From positions 2,604,001 to 2,668,000 of the forward strand of contig NC_086098.1 in the NCBI RefSeq assembly GCF_963921235.1: 64,000 nt of DNA, written 5' to 3'. Source of the DNA: Mobula hypostoma. Its lineage: Eukaryota. The notes under the pieces were generated by a model. It was not told the origin of the DNA, searched no databases, and was given only the letters and a program-made list of their open reading frames with translations. Made by a program: the position numbers and the translations under genes. Positions 63,137 to 64,000 of this stretch are shown one piece after another; positions within the stretch are counted from its first letter, which is position 1, and each line of letters starts with the position of its first letter.

Positions 63137-63508
63137 GGTCATAAGACCATAAGACAAAGGAGCAGAAGTCGGCCATTCGGCCCATCGAGTCTGCTCCGGC
63201 ATTTTATCATGAGCTGATCCATTCTCCCATTTAGTCCCACTCCCCAGCTTTCCCACCCATAACCTTTGATGCCCTGGCTACTCAGATACCTGTCAATCTC
63301 TGCCTTAAATACACCCAATGACTTGACCTCCACTGCCGCCCGTGGCAACAAATTCCATAGATTCACCACCCTCTGACTAAAAAAATTTCTTTGCATTTCT
63401 GTTCTGAATGGGCGCTCTTCAATCCTTAAGTCATGCCCTCTGGTACTAGACTGCCCCATCATGGGAAACAACTTTGCCACATCCACTCTGTCCATGCCTT
63501 TCAACATC
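63137..63508 (-). mobile_element. CR1 3' end, same subfamily as 48855-50287
   Basis: MLKGMDRVDVAKLFPMMG..; (TCTTATGG)n tail. Confidence 0.92.
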
Positions 63509-63509
63509 A

Positions 63510-64000
63510 TATGTATATTGATACAGACAGTGAAATGCTTTGTTTGTGTCAACAACCAAAACAACCTGAGGATGTGCTGGGGGCAGCCCACAGGCAGTGC
63601 CATGCTTGTGGCACTAACATAGTATGCCCACAACTTGCTAACCTGAATAGGAACGTCCTGGGAATGTGGGAGGAAACCCTTGCACCCATACAAAACTCAC
63701 ATGGTCATGGGGAGATTCTGCAAACTCCTTACAGACAGAACCAGGACTGAACCCAGAGCGCGAGTGCAGTAACATTTTGTGCTAACCGCTATGCTGCCAT
63801 GCCGCCCTGGAGCACCAACGAACAAGAGTGTTATACTATACTATTACAGCTCACTACGTCGGAGTTCAGAGCTCGATCTTAGCGCCGTCTGTAAGGAGTT
63901 CTTGTATGTTCTCCCTGTCACCACGTGGGTTTCCTCCTGGTGCTCTAGTTTCCTCCCACAGTCAAAAGATGCGCCGGTTGGTAGGCTAACTGCTCATCGT
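63510..64000. mobile_element. Two divergently oriented SINEs (63510-63790 minus; ~63800-64000 plus)
   Basis: tRNA-like heads and gggtttcctcc core. Confidence 0.7.

Overview
Vertebrate nuclear DNA, most likely a cartilaginous fish. This is inferred from the repeat content alone (abundant CR1 LINEs, Rex1/Babar LINEs, Penelope-derived repeats and V-SINE-like elements). Most of the window is nested, decayed transposable elements. They include one nearly intact full-length CR1 (minus strand, ~17414-21668) inside a near full-length Rex1/Babar LINE, and a Gmr1-type Gypsy LTR element (46052-55026) with both LTRs, a 4-bp TSD, a tRNA-Pro PBS and a PPT but no RT. There is also a decayed Hero-type (restriction-like endonuclease) LINE, Tc1 remnants, RTE-related elements, several SINE families and three tandem-repeat tracts. 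Main points of interest: (1) short Penelope-type insertions, several fold-back and TSD-flanked, carrying minimal hammerhead ribozyme motifs that are intact in at least two copies; (2) two small + strand exon candidates (61731-61808 and 62659-62680) that splice in frame to a C-terminus ending in a CaaX-type motif (CKQM*), which suggests the window is largely intronic; (3) a TSD-flanked element resembling marsupial RTE-dependent SINEs. No rRNA, true tRNA genes or CRISPR arrays were seen. Repeat boundaries without TSDs are approximate.
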